NCBI GenBank assembly: GCA_027451365.1
Contig: DAIDJN010000058.1
Coordinates: forward strand, 96,001 to 160,000
Reading direction: 5' to 3'
Source of the DNA: Phycisphaerales bacterium
GTDB lineage: Bacteria; Planctomycetota; Phycisphaerae; WQYP01
DNA length: 64,000 nt
The notes under the pieces are model-generated. The model searched no databases. It saw nothing but the letters and a program-made list of their open reading frames with translations, and was not told the origin of the DNA. The position numbers and the translations under genes were made by a program. Below are positions 18,770 through 29,176 of this stretch, one piece after another (the first letter of the stretch is position 1; the number at the start of each line of letters is the position of its first letter).

Positions 18770-21700
18770 ATGAATTCAGATTCCGCTGATTTGTCACACT
18801 TGGCCGCCGCGGCCCGCGGCGCGGATGACCGCAAAATTCTGGATTTATGCGAGCTGCTTCTTTCCGCTGAAAATGAAACAGAAATGCTCCGCGGTCTGAT
18901 GCATATTCTGATAGAATCCTGGGGAGCGCAGATCGCCTGGGTTGGCCGTCCAGATGCTCACGGTAATTTGTATCCGGACGAATGCGCGGGTCCCGGTGCC
19001 GCAGAATATATGCGGTTGGCGAAGATTCGCGTCGTGGGCGATTCAGTACCCCAAGGCCCCGCCGCCCGCTGCTGGGAATCCAAAACGACAGTCATCGTGG
19101 CCGACTGGCTGCTTGAACCGGTGATGGAACCATGGCAAAAGCTCGGATTCGGATGGCGGTGTTCTGTTTCGGTTCCGCTGGTGGGCCTCCGGGGCATGGA
19201 GGGTGTCTTATCGCTTTACAGCCGCACGCCGGATTTTTTTTCCGGCATGCAGGATATGCTGGCCGCGCTGGGCCGGCTTTTGGGCAAAGCCCTCGAACAG
19301 ATCCGCACCCGTCAAGTGCGTACCGCTTACGAAAGTCTGCTTGACGCGCTGACACTGGCGCAGCAGGAAACAAATTCCGGCGCGGATGAAGAACAGATTG
19401 CCCGAACCTTCGCGGGGCGTTTTTTTTCGGTCGATTATTTTTCCGTTATTGATGTCGTGCGGGCCGAATCCGACGACGGCTTTCAGATTGTCGCCATCCA
19501 TTCCGTGCGGCCGGAATTGTCCGACCCGTTTGCCGGTCGCATTATTTCACAGCCCGCCGGTGATCGGCCTCCATTTCTGAATCGGGTGGTTTCATCTGGT
19601 CAGGCTGTTTTCAGTAATGATTATCTAAGCGAGCCGCATCTTGCCGCCCCGGAATTTTCCGCTTGGCGCACGCTGGCCGCGGAGTTGGGTGTTTGTCAGT
19701 TTGCGGCTATTCCCGTGCGGGTGGATGGTCAGATATGGGGCGCACTGTGTCTGGGAGCCAGCCGCGGACGTGTGGCATTTTCCTCCATGGTTGAATTATT
19801 CAACCGGCTGGGCGATGTACTGGGTGTGAAAATTGAGAAGCGCCGCCATGAAATGCGGCTGGAGGAAAGTCTTAAACGATTGCGCTTAACCGAACGGGTC
19901 TTTGAATCCGCTCAGGAAGGGATTCTGATTACTGATGCGGACGAACGGATTGTATACGCCAACGCGGCGCTGCTGCGTACTACCGGATATGCCGCCGAGG
20001 AACTTATTGGCCAGACTCCTCGTCTGTTCAGGTCTGGCCGGCATGACCGGCATTTTTATCAGAATATGTGGGCGGCGGTTCACCACTCCGGTCGCTGGCA
20101 AGGAGAAATGTGGAATCGGCGTAAAAATGGCGACCTGTTTCCGGTCATCATCAGCATAAGTTCCATCACGGACGAGGCCGGTCGAATCCGCCATTATGTC
20201 GGTGTGTCGACGGATATAACGGAACTCAAGGCCAAGGAATCGCACCTGCAGCAACTTGCGGCCAGCGATTTTTTGACCGGCCTTCCCAATCGATATGCGC
20301 TGGAACAACACCTGCAAACCGCTCTGCCCCGCGCAGCTCGCCACAAACGGGACATGGCGCTGGCAATTCTGGATCTGGACCTGTTCAAGCCCGTCAACGA
20401 TACCCATGGTCATTCCGCCGGCGACCAGATTCTGCGTGAGTTGGCCAGCCGGTTAAAAGTCTGCCTGCGCGATTCGGATTTTCTGGCGCGCCTGGGCGGC
20501 GACGAATTCGTGATGGTGCTTGAAGAGATCAGCGATCGTGGTGACCTGGACATCGTTCTGAACAGGATTCGCGAGGCCGTGGAAACACCTTTTTCCGTGG
20601 ATCAGGCCAAGGTGCAGATCAAGGCCAGTATAGGGGTGGCGCTTTATGCCGCAGGATCGCCAAGAAACAGCGATCTTCTGCGCGACGCGGATATGGCGCT
20701 TTACGCCGTCAAGCAGGATCGCCGCCGCACCGGCACGTTTTACGCGGTTTACGATTCTGCGGTGAATTCGCCCGTGACTGGCACTCGCAGCGGCGACGAT
20801 TTTTTTCCAAAGCTGATCTCTTCAGGTCTGCTGGTTTTTTATCAGCCGGTGCTCAATGTGCCTTCCGGAGAAATTCGCGAGGTTGAAGCGCTGGCAAGGT
20901 TGCGATCAGGCGACGATATCTACGCGCCGGGGCAGTTTTTGCCGCGGCTTTCACCGGCGGATATCAGGAGACTGAGTCTGGCGGTTCTGACCGAATCGCT
21001 GGCGCAGCTTCGCCAATGGGATCAGCTTGGTTATTCCGTGCGCGTCGCGGTGAATTTTGAATCCATGGATTTGCTCGACCCGGTTATGCCTGCGAATCTG
21101 CAGCGGATAATTCAGCAAAACGGCATTGCGCCGGAGCGCATTACTTTGGAAATACTTGAGGGCGGCGAAATTCTTTCCCATCGCGGAGCCAAGCAGGCAT
21201 TGGAACGGCTCAAGTCTCTTGGTGTGCAGATCGCTCTGGATGACCTGGGCAGTGCCTATGCCAGCCTGCTGCGTGTGCGCGAATTGCCGGTGGATGTCAT
21301 AAAGCTGGACCATATTTTCTGTGTCGGCCTGCAACGCCGCCCGAAGGATTTGCAGTTTCTTATGAGTGTGCTGGACCTTGCCCGGGGCTTAAAAGTCGAA
21401 TGCGTAATTGAAGGGGTTGAGAACAAGGATGTGTTCGCAGCCGTTCGCACGCTGGGTGCCCGTCGAGTTCAGGGATACGCCATCGCCCGGCCCGCGATGG
21501 CGGACAATATGCTGGAACTGATTAAATCTTCACCGCTGAAACTTGAACCGCCTGATGGTCCGCTGGCGGCCTATGCCGGACATTTAATCTGGTACCGGTC
21601 GGTCGTGGAAATCCTTTTGCGTACGCCAAGCATTTTTTCACCGATTACCGTCGGAGATATTTCGCTTTGTCCGCTGACGCGGCAGTTGGAACCATTTCCG

Positions 21701-21874
21701 GAGCTTGATTCCCTGCACAGGCTGTTGCACACCCAGATCGCGGAAATCGCCGCCGGGGCGATTCCGGTACGTGATGGCTTGCGACAGCTGCGCGATACCA
21801 GTCAGTCCCTTCGCGCGGGAATCGAAAAATTCATTGTAGACCCCGCCGCCTCCGATGTTGCGCGCCGCGCGTAG
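18770..21874 (+). CDS. Cytoplasmic diguanylate cyclase/phosphodiesterase (GAF-GAF-PAS-GGDEF-EAL-CZB-like)
   Basis: DFLTGLPNR, RDSD..RLGGDEF, VEALARL, DDLGSAY, IEGVE. PAS motif WQGEMWNRRKNG. C-terminal H-x2-W..C..H-x3-H. Confidence 0.9.
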   Translation: MNSDSADLSHLAAAARGADDRKILDLCELLLSAENETEMLRGLMHILIESWGAQIAWVGRPDAHGNLYPDECAGPGAAEYMRLAKIRVVGDSVPQGPAARCWESKTTVIVADWLLEPVMEPWQKLGFGWRCSVSVPLVGLRGMEGVLSLYSRTPDFFSGMQDMLAALGRLLGKALEQIRTRQVRTAYESLLDALTLAQQETNSGADEEQIARTFAGRFFSVDYFSVIDVVRAESDDGFQIVAIHSVRPELSDPFAGRIISQPAGDRPPFLNRVVSSGQAVFSNDYLSEPHLAAPEFSAWRTLAAELGVCQFAAIPVRVDGQIWGALCLGASRGRVAFSSMVELFNRLGDVLGVKIEKRRHEMRLEESLKRLRLTERVFESAQEGILITDADERIVYANAALLRTTGYAAEELIGQTPRLFRSGRHDRHFYQNMWAAVHHSGRWQGEMWNRRKNGDLFPVIISISSITDEAGRIRHYVGVSTDITELKAKESHLQQLAASDFLTGLPNRYALEQHLQTALPRAARHKRDMALAILDLDLFKPVNDTHGHSAGDQILRELASRLKVCLRDSDFLARLGGDEFVMVLEEISDRGDLDIVLNRIREAVETPFSVDQAKVQIKASIGVALYAAGSPRNSDLLRDADMALYAVKQDRRRTGTFYAVYDSAVNSPVTGTRSGDDFFPKLISSGLLVFYQPVLNVPSGEIREVEALARLRSGDDIYAPGQFLPRLSPADIRRLSLAVLTESLAQLRQWDQLGYSVRVAVNFESMDLLDPVMPANLQRIIQQNGIAPERITLEILEGGEILSHRGAKQALERLKSLGVQIALDDLGSAYASLLRVRELPVDVIKLDHIFCVGLQRRPKDLQFLMSVLDLARGLKVECVIEGVENKDVFAAVRTLGARRVQGYAIARPAMADNMLELIKSSPLKLEPPDGPLAAYAGHLIWYRSVVEILLRTPSIFSPITVGDISLCPLTRQLEPFPELDSLHRLLHTQIAEIAAGAIPVRDGLRQLRDTSQSLRAGIEKFIVDPAASDVARRA

Positions 21875-22187
21875 GCAGTCCGACCATGCTCCGCAGGCAA
21901 ACTGGCGGTTCACCGTGCGCCCAGTTTACTTGTCCTGGCGAACGTCGATTGGCTATCGCCGGGGAAGTTGGGAAATGGCTGGGTGTCGCTTGTAATGTAT
22001 TCGGGGGGAATATTCCGCACCCGGCGCTTTTCCGATAATCGCGGGAAAAAAATTAAGACCGCATTGATATTTACCGGCGGATGACGGTATTCTATTGCGT
22101 TCCAAATGTGTGTCGGATGTGGAAAATTGCCAATGCGAACTCCGCAGCGGGTGGCGTCCACAGAATGATGTTTCCGGAGCCGTTAAA

Positions 22188-25043
22188 ATGGTGCAGGTTT
22201 TCAAGCGCTACAGTCTGATGCTGGTCATGGTTGTTTTGTCGGTTGGTCTGACGGGTCAATTGTCCGCCGCCCCGCGCGACAAAACACTTCTTTCAGGCCC
22301 GTGGATGCTGCAAAAAGCTACTCTGACGCAACTGCAACACGCCGTTCCGATTACGCACTGGCAATGGCGGTATTCATCGCTGGGGACCGGTGAACCGCCG
22401 GCGCATTGGACTGCGAAGGCTGCCCGTGGAACGCTGCCATGGGTGGCAAATTACGCCATTGGCAAACAGGATCTTTTTCATGGCAAGCAGGGATATGCCT
22501 GGTTCAAAGCCACGTTGCCCCAACTGCCCGCCGGTCTGCATATGTTGGAATTTCAAGGTGTTTCAACGCGCGCAACGGTCTATCTGAACGGTACCATGCT
22601 GACCGACCATCGGGGCGGGGCGTTCTGGTTTCAGGTGCCACTGAACAGCGCCTGGAACAGCCACGGGACCAACACGCTGCGCATTCTGGTACACATGACC
22701 CATCCGGGTGACAAACAGGCCACGCTCAAACCCGTCGTCCTAGGCAACGCCGCCATTGCGGATTTTCCACCGGCGGCCTTCGCGGCGGTCGGTGCCGGGG
22801 GCAGTGCCCATTGGCAATCTGTTCTGGTCCCCAACGATTTTGTCGTAAACGGAAAATTCAACCGCCGCGCCAACGGCTCGCACGGCTACCTGCCTGTTTA
22901 CCCCGTCTGGTACAAACGCACGTTTACGGTTCCCGTATCAGACAAGAACCGTTCATTGGAATTGTATTTTGGTGGAGTGCTTAGCGATGCTGTGGTCTAT
23001 GTAAACGGTATTCAGGTGGGGGAGCATGCTGATGGCTATTCGCCGTTCCAATGCGATATCGCTTCCGCCGTGCATTTCGGCGCGGCCAATTCGCTGGTTG
23101 TTTATGTTGACCCACGCGCCACCGAAGGTTGGTGGTATGAAGGCGGCGGCATTTACCGCAATGTATGGCTGATGGCCAAACACCGCCTGCATATTGCCCA
23201 TTGGGGTGCATTTGTAATGGCCACTGTTCCGGGCAGGATTCGCTATGGCGGCAACGGCGATCGTGCCGATGCCGGACTGGTGATTCAAACCACACTGGTC
23301 AATCAGCACAAACAGCCGCGGTCAGTTGACCTTGTTTCAACAATAATCGCGCCAACCGGAAAAGTCGTCGCCACGGTTCGCACCCCGGAAACCATCGCTG
23401 GATTGTCCAGAGCGACGTTTAATCAGACCGCGACCGTGTATCGCGCCAAATTGTGGTCGCTGCATCATTGCAACCTGTATTCTCTGCATACCAGCCTAAA
23501 GGCAGGTGCCCATCTTGCGGATGCCAAAACCACGTCGTTTGGCATACGCACCATTCGCTACAGCGCCAGAAGCGGCTTTTATCTGAACGGTCGCCATGTG
23601 GAATTGGATGGCACCTGCAACCATCAGGATTTTCCCGCGGTGGGTGTAGGTGCTCCTGCGGATTTGTGGTGGTGGCGTGTGGCCCGCCTGAAGGCGATTG
23701 GTTCCAATGCCTACCGCTGTTCGCATAATGCCATGAACACCGCGCTTTACAAGGCTTGCGATCATCTGGGTATGCTGGTCATGGATGAAAACCGTGAAAT
23801 CGGCGATACCCGTGAAGGTGGAGACTATCGGAGTGCAAAATCATACGTGGGGGTGCCGTACGGCCAGAACCGGAATCTGCAGACTCTGATCCTCCGCGAC
23901 CGCAACCATCCATCGGTGATCATGTGGTCGTTGGCCAATGAGGAAATGTATATTCAGGCAACTCCCTTCGGGGCAAAACTGTTTCGGCACATGATGAAAA
24001 TTGTACGGAAACTTGACCCCACGCGCCCGATTACAAGTGCCATGAATGGCGGTTATCCCAAGGGCTTTGCCACTGTGGAAGATTTACTGGGCATTAATTA
24101 TGCTCCGGGCAATTACATAAAAATGCATCGGCAGTTTCCGCATTTTCCGATCTTCGGCAGCGAAGTTGGAAGTTCGGAATCTGACCGTGGCGTTATGAAA
24201 AATAACGCCAAAGCCGGCCTGGTTGGCCAGTACACCATGCACAGCCCATGGTCGCAGGTGCCGTGGAATACCTGGCCCCTGATAGGAACCCAGCCCTTTG
24301 TGGCCGGTGGTTTTGTCTGGACTGGTTTTGATTATCGCGGCGAACCGACGCCATACCAGTGGCCGGATACCAATTCTCATTTTGGCCTGCTGGATATTTG
24401 CGGCTTTCCCAAGCCAGACGCCTATTATTATAAGGCCTGCTGGACCCGCAAGCCGATGGTGTATATTCAGCCGCAATGGGATTTTCCGGACAAGCCGGTC
24501 GGCACACCCGTTACCGTGCGCTGTTTTTCCAACTGTTCGCGGGTGGAACTGTTCGTCAACGGCAAAAGCCTGGGCGCTAAAGATATGCCAAAGTTTAAAT
24601 ATGTTGATTGGAATGTGCCATGGCATCCTGGTCGCCTGACGGTAAAAGGGTATTCCGGAACCGCTGTTGTGGCAACCTTTCACGTGCAAACGCCGGGTGC
24701 TCCAGCCCGTATCAAATTGTTCAACGAATGGCCGCACATATTGGCCGACGGTCTGAGCATCGCGCCCATCGGCGTGGAAGTAATGGATGCCCACGGCCAT
24801 GTGGTGGATAGTTCCGCAGATCGCATAACGTTTGCCGTCAGTGGGCCGGCCGACATTGCGGGTACCTCCAACGGCGACCCCGCAAGCCAGATACCCAATG
24901 CGGCCGATTACAGCAACGCCTTTTACGGCAAGTGCATGGTGCTCGTGCGGGCAACAAACACCGCCGGAAGTGTGACGGTCACGGCCCGCAGTCCGGGGCT
25001 GCCCGCCGCGACACTGGAATTTCAAACACAGCCGGTCAAATAG
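22188..25043 (+). CDS. Secreted glycoside hydrolase family 2 (beta-galactosidase-like)
   Basis: Signal peptide; WWYEGGGIYRNV, GTCNHQD, RDRNHPSVIMWSLANEE (acid/base), FGSE (nucleophile), GGFVWTGFDYRGEP. Confidence 0.92.
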   Translation: MVQVFKRYSLMLVMVVLSVGLTGQLSAAPRDKTLLSGPWMLQKATLTQLQHAVPITHWQWRYSSLGTGEPPAHWTAKAARGTLPWVANYAIGKQDLFHGKQGYAWFKATLPQLPAGLHMLEFQGVSTRATVYLNGTMLTDHRGGAFWFQVPLNSAWNSHGTNTLRILVHMTHPGDKQATLKPVVLGNAAIADFPPAAFAAVGAGGSAHWQSVLVPNDFVVNGKFNRRANGSHGYLPVYPVWYKRTFTVPVSDKNRSLELYFGGVLSDAVVYVNGIQVGEHADGYSPFQCDIASAVHFGAANSLVVYVDPRATEGWWYEGGGIYRNVWLMAKHRLHIAHWGAFVMATVPGRIRYGGNGDRADAGLVIQTTLVNQHKQPRSVDLVSTIIAPTGKVVATVRTPETIAGLSRATFNQTATVYRAKLWSLHHCNLYSLHTSLKAGAHLADAKTTSFGIRTIRYSARSGFYLNGRHVELDGTCNHQDFPAVGVGAPADLWWWRVARLKAIGSNAYRCSHNAMNTALYKACDHLGMLVMDENREIGDTREGGDYRSAKSYVGVPYGQNRNLQTLILRDRNHPSVIMWSLANEEMYIQATPFGAKLFRHMMKIVRKLDPTRPITSAMNGGYPKGFATVEDLLGINYAPGNYIKMHRQFPHFPIFGSEVGSSESDRGVMKNNAKAGLVGQYTMHSPWSQVPWNTWPLIGTQPFVAGGFVWTGFDYRGEPTPYQWPDTNSHFGLLDICGFPKPDAYYYKACWTRKPMVYIQPQWDFPDKPVGTPVTVRCFSNCSRVELFVNGKSLGAKDMPKFKYVDWNVPWHPGRLTVKGYSGTAVVATFHVQTPGAPARIKLFNEWPHILADGLSIAPIGVEVMDAHGHVVDSSADRITFAVSGPADIAGTSNGDPASQIPNAADYSNAFYGKCMVLVRATNTAGSVTVTARSPGLPAATLEFQTQPVK

Positions 25044-25316
25044 CGGCGGCGGTAAGCCTTTGCACAATTGGCCGTTTATCAGTTGATCGCCAATACATTG
25101 GCGGAATAAATGGTGCCTACGCTGTCGAAAATCAGTGCAACCGGCTTCCACCGTAACTACGGGGACTGCAACCGCAAATTCGGCTGCCACGGCTTGGACC
25201 GCGGTGTAACCACAGTGGCTTGGGCCGCGTTATAAGATTGTCGCGTTTGCTGCGGGCAGAATTGGCGGCAACTTTTCGAATTATGTTTTCCAATGATTCG
25301 AGAATGGAGGTCACCC

Positions 25317-25598
25317 ATGGTGCGGCGGGCATTGGTGTGGATCGCGTTTTTCAGTCGACTTTGGCGAATTTCCGCGTTTATTCTGGGTATCGGGCTTATG
25401 GGGGCTGCTGGATGCACTTCGTCGCCATGGTATCAGAATAACAATCAATGTGGACCGGCTTATTACCATCGTGACCGAGACGACGGCGATGATGACCGCG
25501 ACGACGAAGACGATGATCGCAGTTCCGTCTACGACCGCGATGACTATTTCCATTATGCGACGCCCGGCCGTCCTGTTTCTTCGGGTTACGGATATTAG
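25317..25598 (+). CDS. Small Asp/Arg-rich lipoprotein
   Basis: GGAGG RBS, hydrophobic signal ending in GAAG-C, tail RDRDDGDDDRDDEDDDR. Confidence 0.6.
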   Translation: MVRRALVWIAFFSRLWRISAFILGIGLMGAAGCTSSPWYQNNNQCGPAYYHRDRDDGDDDRDDEDDDRSSVYDRDDYFHYATPGRPVSSGYGY

Positions 25599-25762
25599 GG
25601 CCAACTCCACAACTCTGTATGTAACCCCGGATTCCTGGAAAGAAAGAAATAAAGTGGAAACTGCCAATTCCCTGGCTACAATCAATTGGGGCCGCAAATA
25701 TTGTAACCGGTGTTTCAATCAGGGGCGGTATTTTTCCCATGGCGTCGTAAGTGGAGAATATT

Positions 25763-25972
25763 ATGGCCAGGAATGCAATTCGTTATTTTATCACCGGGTG
25801 CCGGGTGTGGTACCTTGCCGTATTTGTTCTCGCCCCTCTGTTGATCGGGACGGGTGGATGCGTCTGGCATGGGTGGGGCCGTGGTGACGACCGTGGACAC
25901 GACCAGTATTACCAGCGCGACGACGACCACCAGGACGACCACCATGATGGCGATCAATATGAGCACCATTGA
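25763..25972 (+). CDS. Small Asp/His-rich lipoprotein
   Basis: GGAG RBS, signal ending in GTGG-C, tail DDRGHDQYYQRDDDHQDDHHDGDQYEHH. Confidence 0.6.
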   Translation: MARNAIRYFITGCRVWYLAVFVLAPLLIGTGGCVWHGWGRGDDRGHDQYYQRDDDHQDDHHDGDQYEHH

Positions 25973-26117
25973 TCGGGCATCCGATCGGGCGTCACGGCGA
26001 CTATTCCACGAACAATTCCGTGACGTTCACCGCAGATTCCCTGTCCGCAAGGGCTTGGGCCGTCGGCGAACTTGTCGGCCAGCCTTTTCGTCGGTGGCTC
26101 TTTATTAAATGTGAAGC

Positions 26118-27752
26118 TCAGGCGATGGACTGTTTTGCCGAAGCGGGCAGCAATGACTTTCCAGTCATTTCCGACGGCTGAGGCAGACCCATCATCATCA
26201 GCATAGTCGGGGCGACATCTGCCAAACAGCCGCCTGAACGAAGTTTCACTCCGCGATAGCGGTCGTCGACGACAATCAGCGGAACATCAAATGTGGTATG
26301 GCTGGTGTGCGGACAATTGTTAATCGGGTCCCACATCTGCTCGCAATTGCCGTGGTCGGCGGTGACAATCAATGCGCCGCCCATCTTTTTCACCTTGTCT
26401 ACCAGCTTTCCTACGCAGGCATCCACGGTTTCCACGGCCTTAATGGCGGCCTGTAAATTGCCGGTGTGGCCTACCATGTCGCCATTGGCAAAGTTCACCA
26501 CATACAGATCGTTTTCACCGGAATTCAGGTTTTCAAGTACAATATCCGTCACTTCGGCAGCGCTCATTTCCGGCTGCTGGTCATAGGTTGAAACTTTCGG
26601 ACTTGGTGCCATTTGGCGGCTTTCCCGCGGGAAAGGCGACTCGCGATAGTCATTGAAAAAGAACGTGACATGCGGAAATTTCTCCGTTTCCGCCGATCGG
26701 AACTGCTTCAGGCCAAGCTCGGCCATATACATGCCCAGAATGTCGTGCATTTTTTCCGGCTTGGGAAAGACCACCTCCACGGGAAGGCCCTCCTCATAGG
26801 CGGTCATGGTAACAAACAGCAGGTCTTTCGGTCGCGATGACCGCCTGAAGCCGCCATTTTTCTCAGCGGAAAACCGGGCATCGTCATAGACGAATGCTTT
26901 AGTAATTTCGCGCGGCCGATCACCACGGTAATTAAAAAAGATAACCGAGTCATGGTCATGAATCGCCGCATCTACGCCGTTTGGAAGGTCAATCACACTG
27001 GGCACCACAAATTCATCACCCGCCCGTGAGGGTTCGGAAGCATGGGTGTAATAATCTTCCAGTGCGGCTTGCGCCGTCGGGAAATGTTTGCCTGCCCGCC
27101 GGGTCAGCAGGTTAAAGGCGTTTTCCACACGGTCCCAGCGGTTGTCGCGGTCCATCGCGTAGTACCGCCCGACCACACTGGCGATGCGGCCGATTCCCAG
27201 TTCCCTGGTTTTGGCCTCCAGGCTGGCTAAATATTTTCGTGCCCCCTGCGGCGCGGTATCGCGGCCATCGGTTATCGCGTGAATAAACACGCGGTCCGAT
27301 GGAAAATTGACTCGGTGGGCCAGTTCCAGAATCGCATAGGCGTGCTCAAGGTCTGAATGCACCCGGCCATCCGAACAAAGGCCCAGAATATGCACGCGAC
27401 TGTTCATATCCAGCGCCCGGCTGAACGCCTTGTTCAAAGCCGCGTTTTGAAAAAAACTACCCTCGCGAATGCGTCGCGTGATGCGCATCGTTTCCTGGTC
27501 CACAATGCGGCCGGCACCAATGTTCTGGTGCCCTACTTCGCTGTTGCCCATCACACCATCGGGCAACCCAACCCATTCGCCGCTGGTATGCACCAGCACA
27601 CTTGGATATTCGGCCATCAGGTGGTCATCCACCGGATGCCGGGCAATTTTAACGGCATTGTAAGCATCCATTTCTGAATGCGGATTGCAGCCCCAGCCAT
27701 CGCGGACAATAAGCATCATGGGGCGTTTGGCGGAATTTGGGGAGGAAGGCAT
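26118..27752 (-). CDS. gpmI: 2,3-bisphosphoglycerate-independent phosphoglycerate mutase
   Basis: DGWG, MGNSEVGH, GRYYAMDRDNRW, AETEKFPHVTFF, DMVGHTG, TADHGN. Confidence 0.98.
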   Translation of the reverse strand: MPSSPNSAKRPMMLIVRDGWGCNPHSEMDAYNAVKIARHPVDDHLMAEYPSVLVHTSGEWVGLPDGVMGNSEVGHQNIGAGRIVDQETMRITRRIREGSFFQNAALNKAFSRALDMNSRVHILGLCSDGRVHSDLEHAYAILELAHRVNFPSDRVFIHAITDGRDTAPQGARKYLASLEAKTRELGIGRIASVVGRYYAMDRDNRWDRVENAFNLLTRRAGKHFPTAQAALEDYYTHASEPSRAGDEFVVPSVIDLPNGVDAAIHDHDSVIFFNYRGDRPREITKAFVYDDARFSAEKNGGFRRSSRPKDLLFVTMTAYEEGLPVEVVFPKPEKMHDILGMYMAELGLKQFRSAETEKFPHVTFFFNDYRESPFPRESRQMAPSPKVSTYDQQPEMSAAEVTDIVLENLNSGENDLYVVNFANGDMVGHTGNLQAAIKAVETVDACVGKLVDKVKKMGGALIVTADHGNCEQMWDPINNCPHTSHTTFDVPLIVVDDRYRGVKLRSGGCLADVAPTMLMMMGLPQPSEMTGKSLLPASAKQSIA

Positions 27753-27868
27753 TTAAAACTCCATACAGAGCAACGCAAATATTTTTCACACGGACCAGCC
27801 ACGTTCATGGCGCACCGGTCATGCAAATGGTATCGCCAAGTGCCGCGGGAAAAAAGTGTCGGTGCCGC

Positions 27869-29176
27869 TTAATGAACAAACTGGAAATAACCCACCGCCA
27901 ACGCTGTCGTGACAAGCGTAAGCGGAACGCCGACTTTAAGATATTCGGTAAATGCCAGGCGGATGGAGAACGGCTCGGCTTGCTCGGCAACAATCAGATT
28001 GGCAATCGACCCCAGCAGAGTCAGGTTACCCGCAAACGTGCTGGTCACCGCCAGCAGGTACCAGGTGGAAGTGGCGGACATCGGAATGGCTGGTTTAATC
28101 AGCAGCACCGCCGGTACGTTGCTCACCAGATTGGAAAGCACGAGGGTCGTTGAAGCCAAAGGAATATGAGATTGCAGCGAAATGCCGGCATGGGCAATCG
28201 CGTGCATGGCCGGTGCCAGCAGGGCATGACGCTGGGCGTCACCAATGACAATAAACAGTCCCACAAACAATAGAATCAGATTCCAATCTACCAGCGCAAA
28301 CAGATCCCGCGGGCGGGTTTTGCGGGAAATCATCAGCAGGCCGGCTGCGGCGAGCGCGGCGACAGGCCGCGACAGGTCGATACCTTCGCCAATAATCATG
28401 GCCAGCAGCAGCAGCCCCATGATGAAAAGTGTCTTATGTATCATCGACCACCGGGTAACAGCCTCCCTGGCAGCCGGGTGGTCGCCGGGGACATCCATTT
28501 TTTCAGAAACGATATCAGACAACCGCCGCCGATACACAACCGTGACCGTTACGAACGCCAGCACAACGCAAACAATTACCAGCGGCAGCACTGTCAGGCT
28601 GAAAGCGGCGAAAGAAAGATTGCCCGCCTGCCCGATCAGCATGTTCTGGGGGTTGCCAATCACGGTGGCTGCTGAACCGATATTGGCTGAAACGGCCAGC
28701 GCCATCAAATATGGAATTGGATCACGTCCGGCACGGCGCATGGCTACGCACAGCACCGGTGTAAAAATAAGGCATATCACATCATTGGCAAAAAGGGCGG
28801 AAAGAACCGATGCGGCCAGCATAATCAACGCGAGCAGGACCCGCGGACTTTTGGCAACGCTGACGATTCGTCGTACCACCCAATCGTAATAACCCGCCAG
28901 CCGAAGCTGGGCCGAAATGATCATCATGCTGATCAGCAACGCGAGTGTCGGAAAGTTAATTTCGTTAATCGCCTGCCCGAAGGACAGCCTGTGCAGCACC
29001 AGCACGGCCACCGCACCCAGCGTGGCAATGGAAGTTCGGTCCAGCCGTGTACCCGGCAGGCCGCCCAAGGCCAAGCCCAGGTAAGTGGTCAGGAAAATCG
29101 CCAAGTCCAGCCATTGGCCGTGGTGCGATGCCCAGGAAGTGACAGCCGTCGCAAACGCAACGATGTCAGGCGTCAT
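27869..29176 (-). CDS. ArsB/NhaD (IT superfamily) anion permease, YbiR-like
   Basis: Multi-TM; LSALFAND, ANIGSAATVIGNPQN, SNLVSNVPA, AGNLTLLGSIANLIV. Confidence 0.85.
   Translation of the reverse strand: MTPDIVAFATAVTSWASHHGQWLDLAIFLTTYLGLALGGLPGTRLDRTSIATLGAVAVLVLHRLSFGQAINEINFPTLALLISMMIISAQLRLAGYYDWVVRRIVSVAKSPRVLLALIMLAASVLSALFANDVICLIFTPVLCVAMRRAGRDPIPYLMALAVSANIGSAATVIGNPQNMLIGQAGNLSFAAFSLTVLPLVIVCVVLAFVTVTVVYRRRLSDIVSEKMDVPGDHPAAREAVTRWSMIHKTLFIMGLLLLAMIIGEGIDLSRPVAALAAAGLLMISRKTRPRDLFALVDWNLILLFVGLFIVIGDAQRHALLAPAMHAIAHAGISLQSHIPLASTTLVLSNLVSNVPAVLLIKPAIPMSATSTWYLLAVTSTFAGNLTLLGSIANLIVAEQAEPFSIRLAFTEYLKVGVPLTLVTTALAVGYFQFVH

Noticed and set aside
25480..25545. CRISPR or tandem-repeat array
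   Set aside because: This is low-complexity Asp codon sequence. No repeat-spacer periodicity or cas genes were seen anywhere in the window.
25450..25969. Thr-rich and Val-rich alternative-frame ORFs over the micro-lipoproteins
   Set aside because: They are frame artefacts of GAC/GAT repeats. The Asp-rich frames are the ones with an RBS and lipobox.
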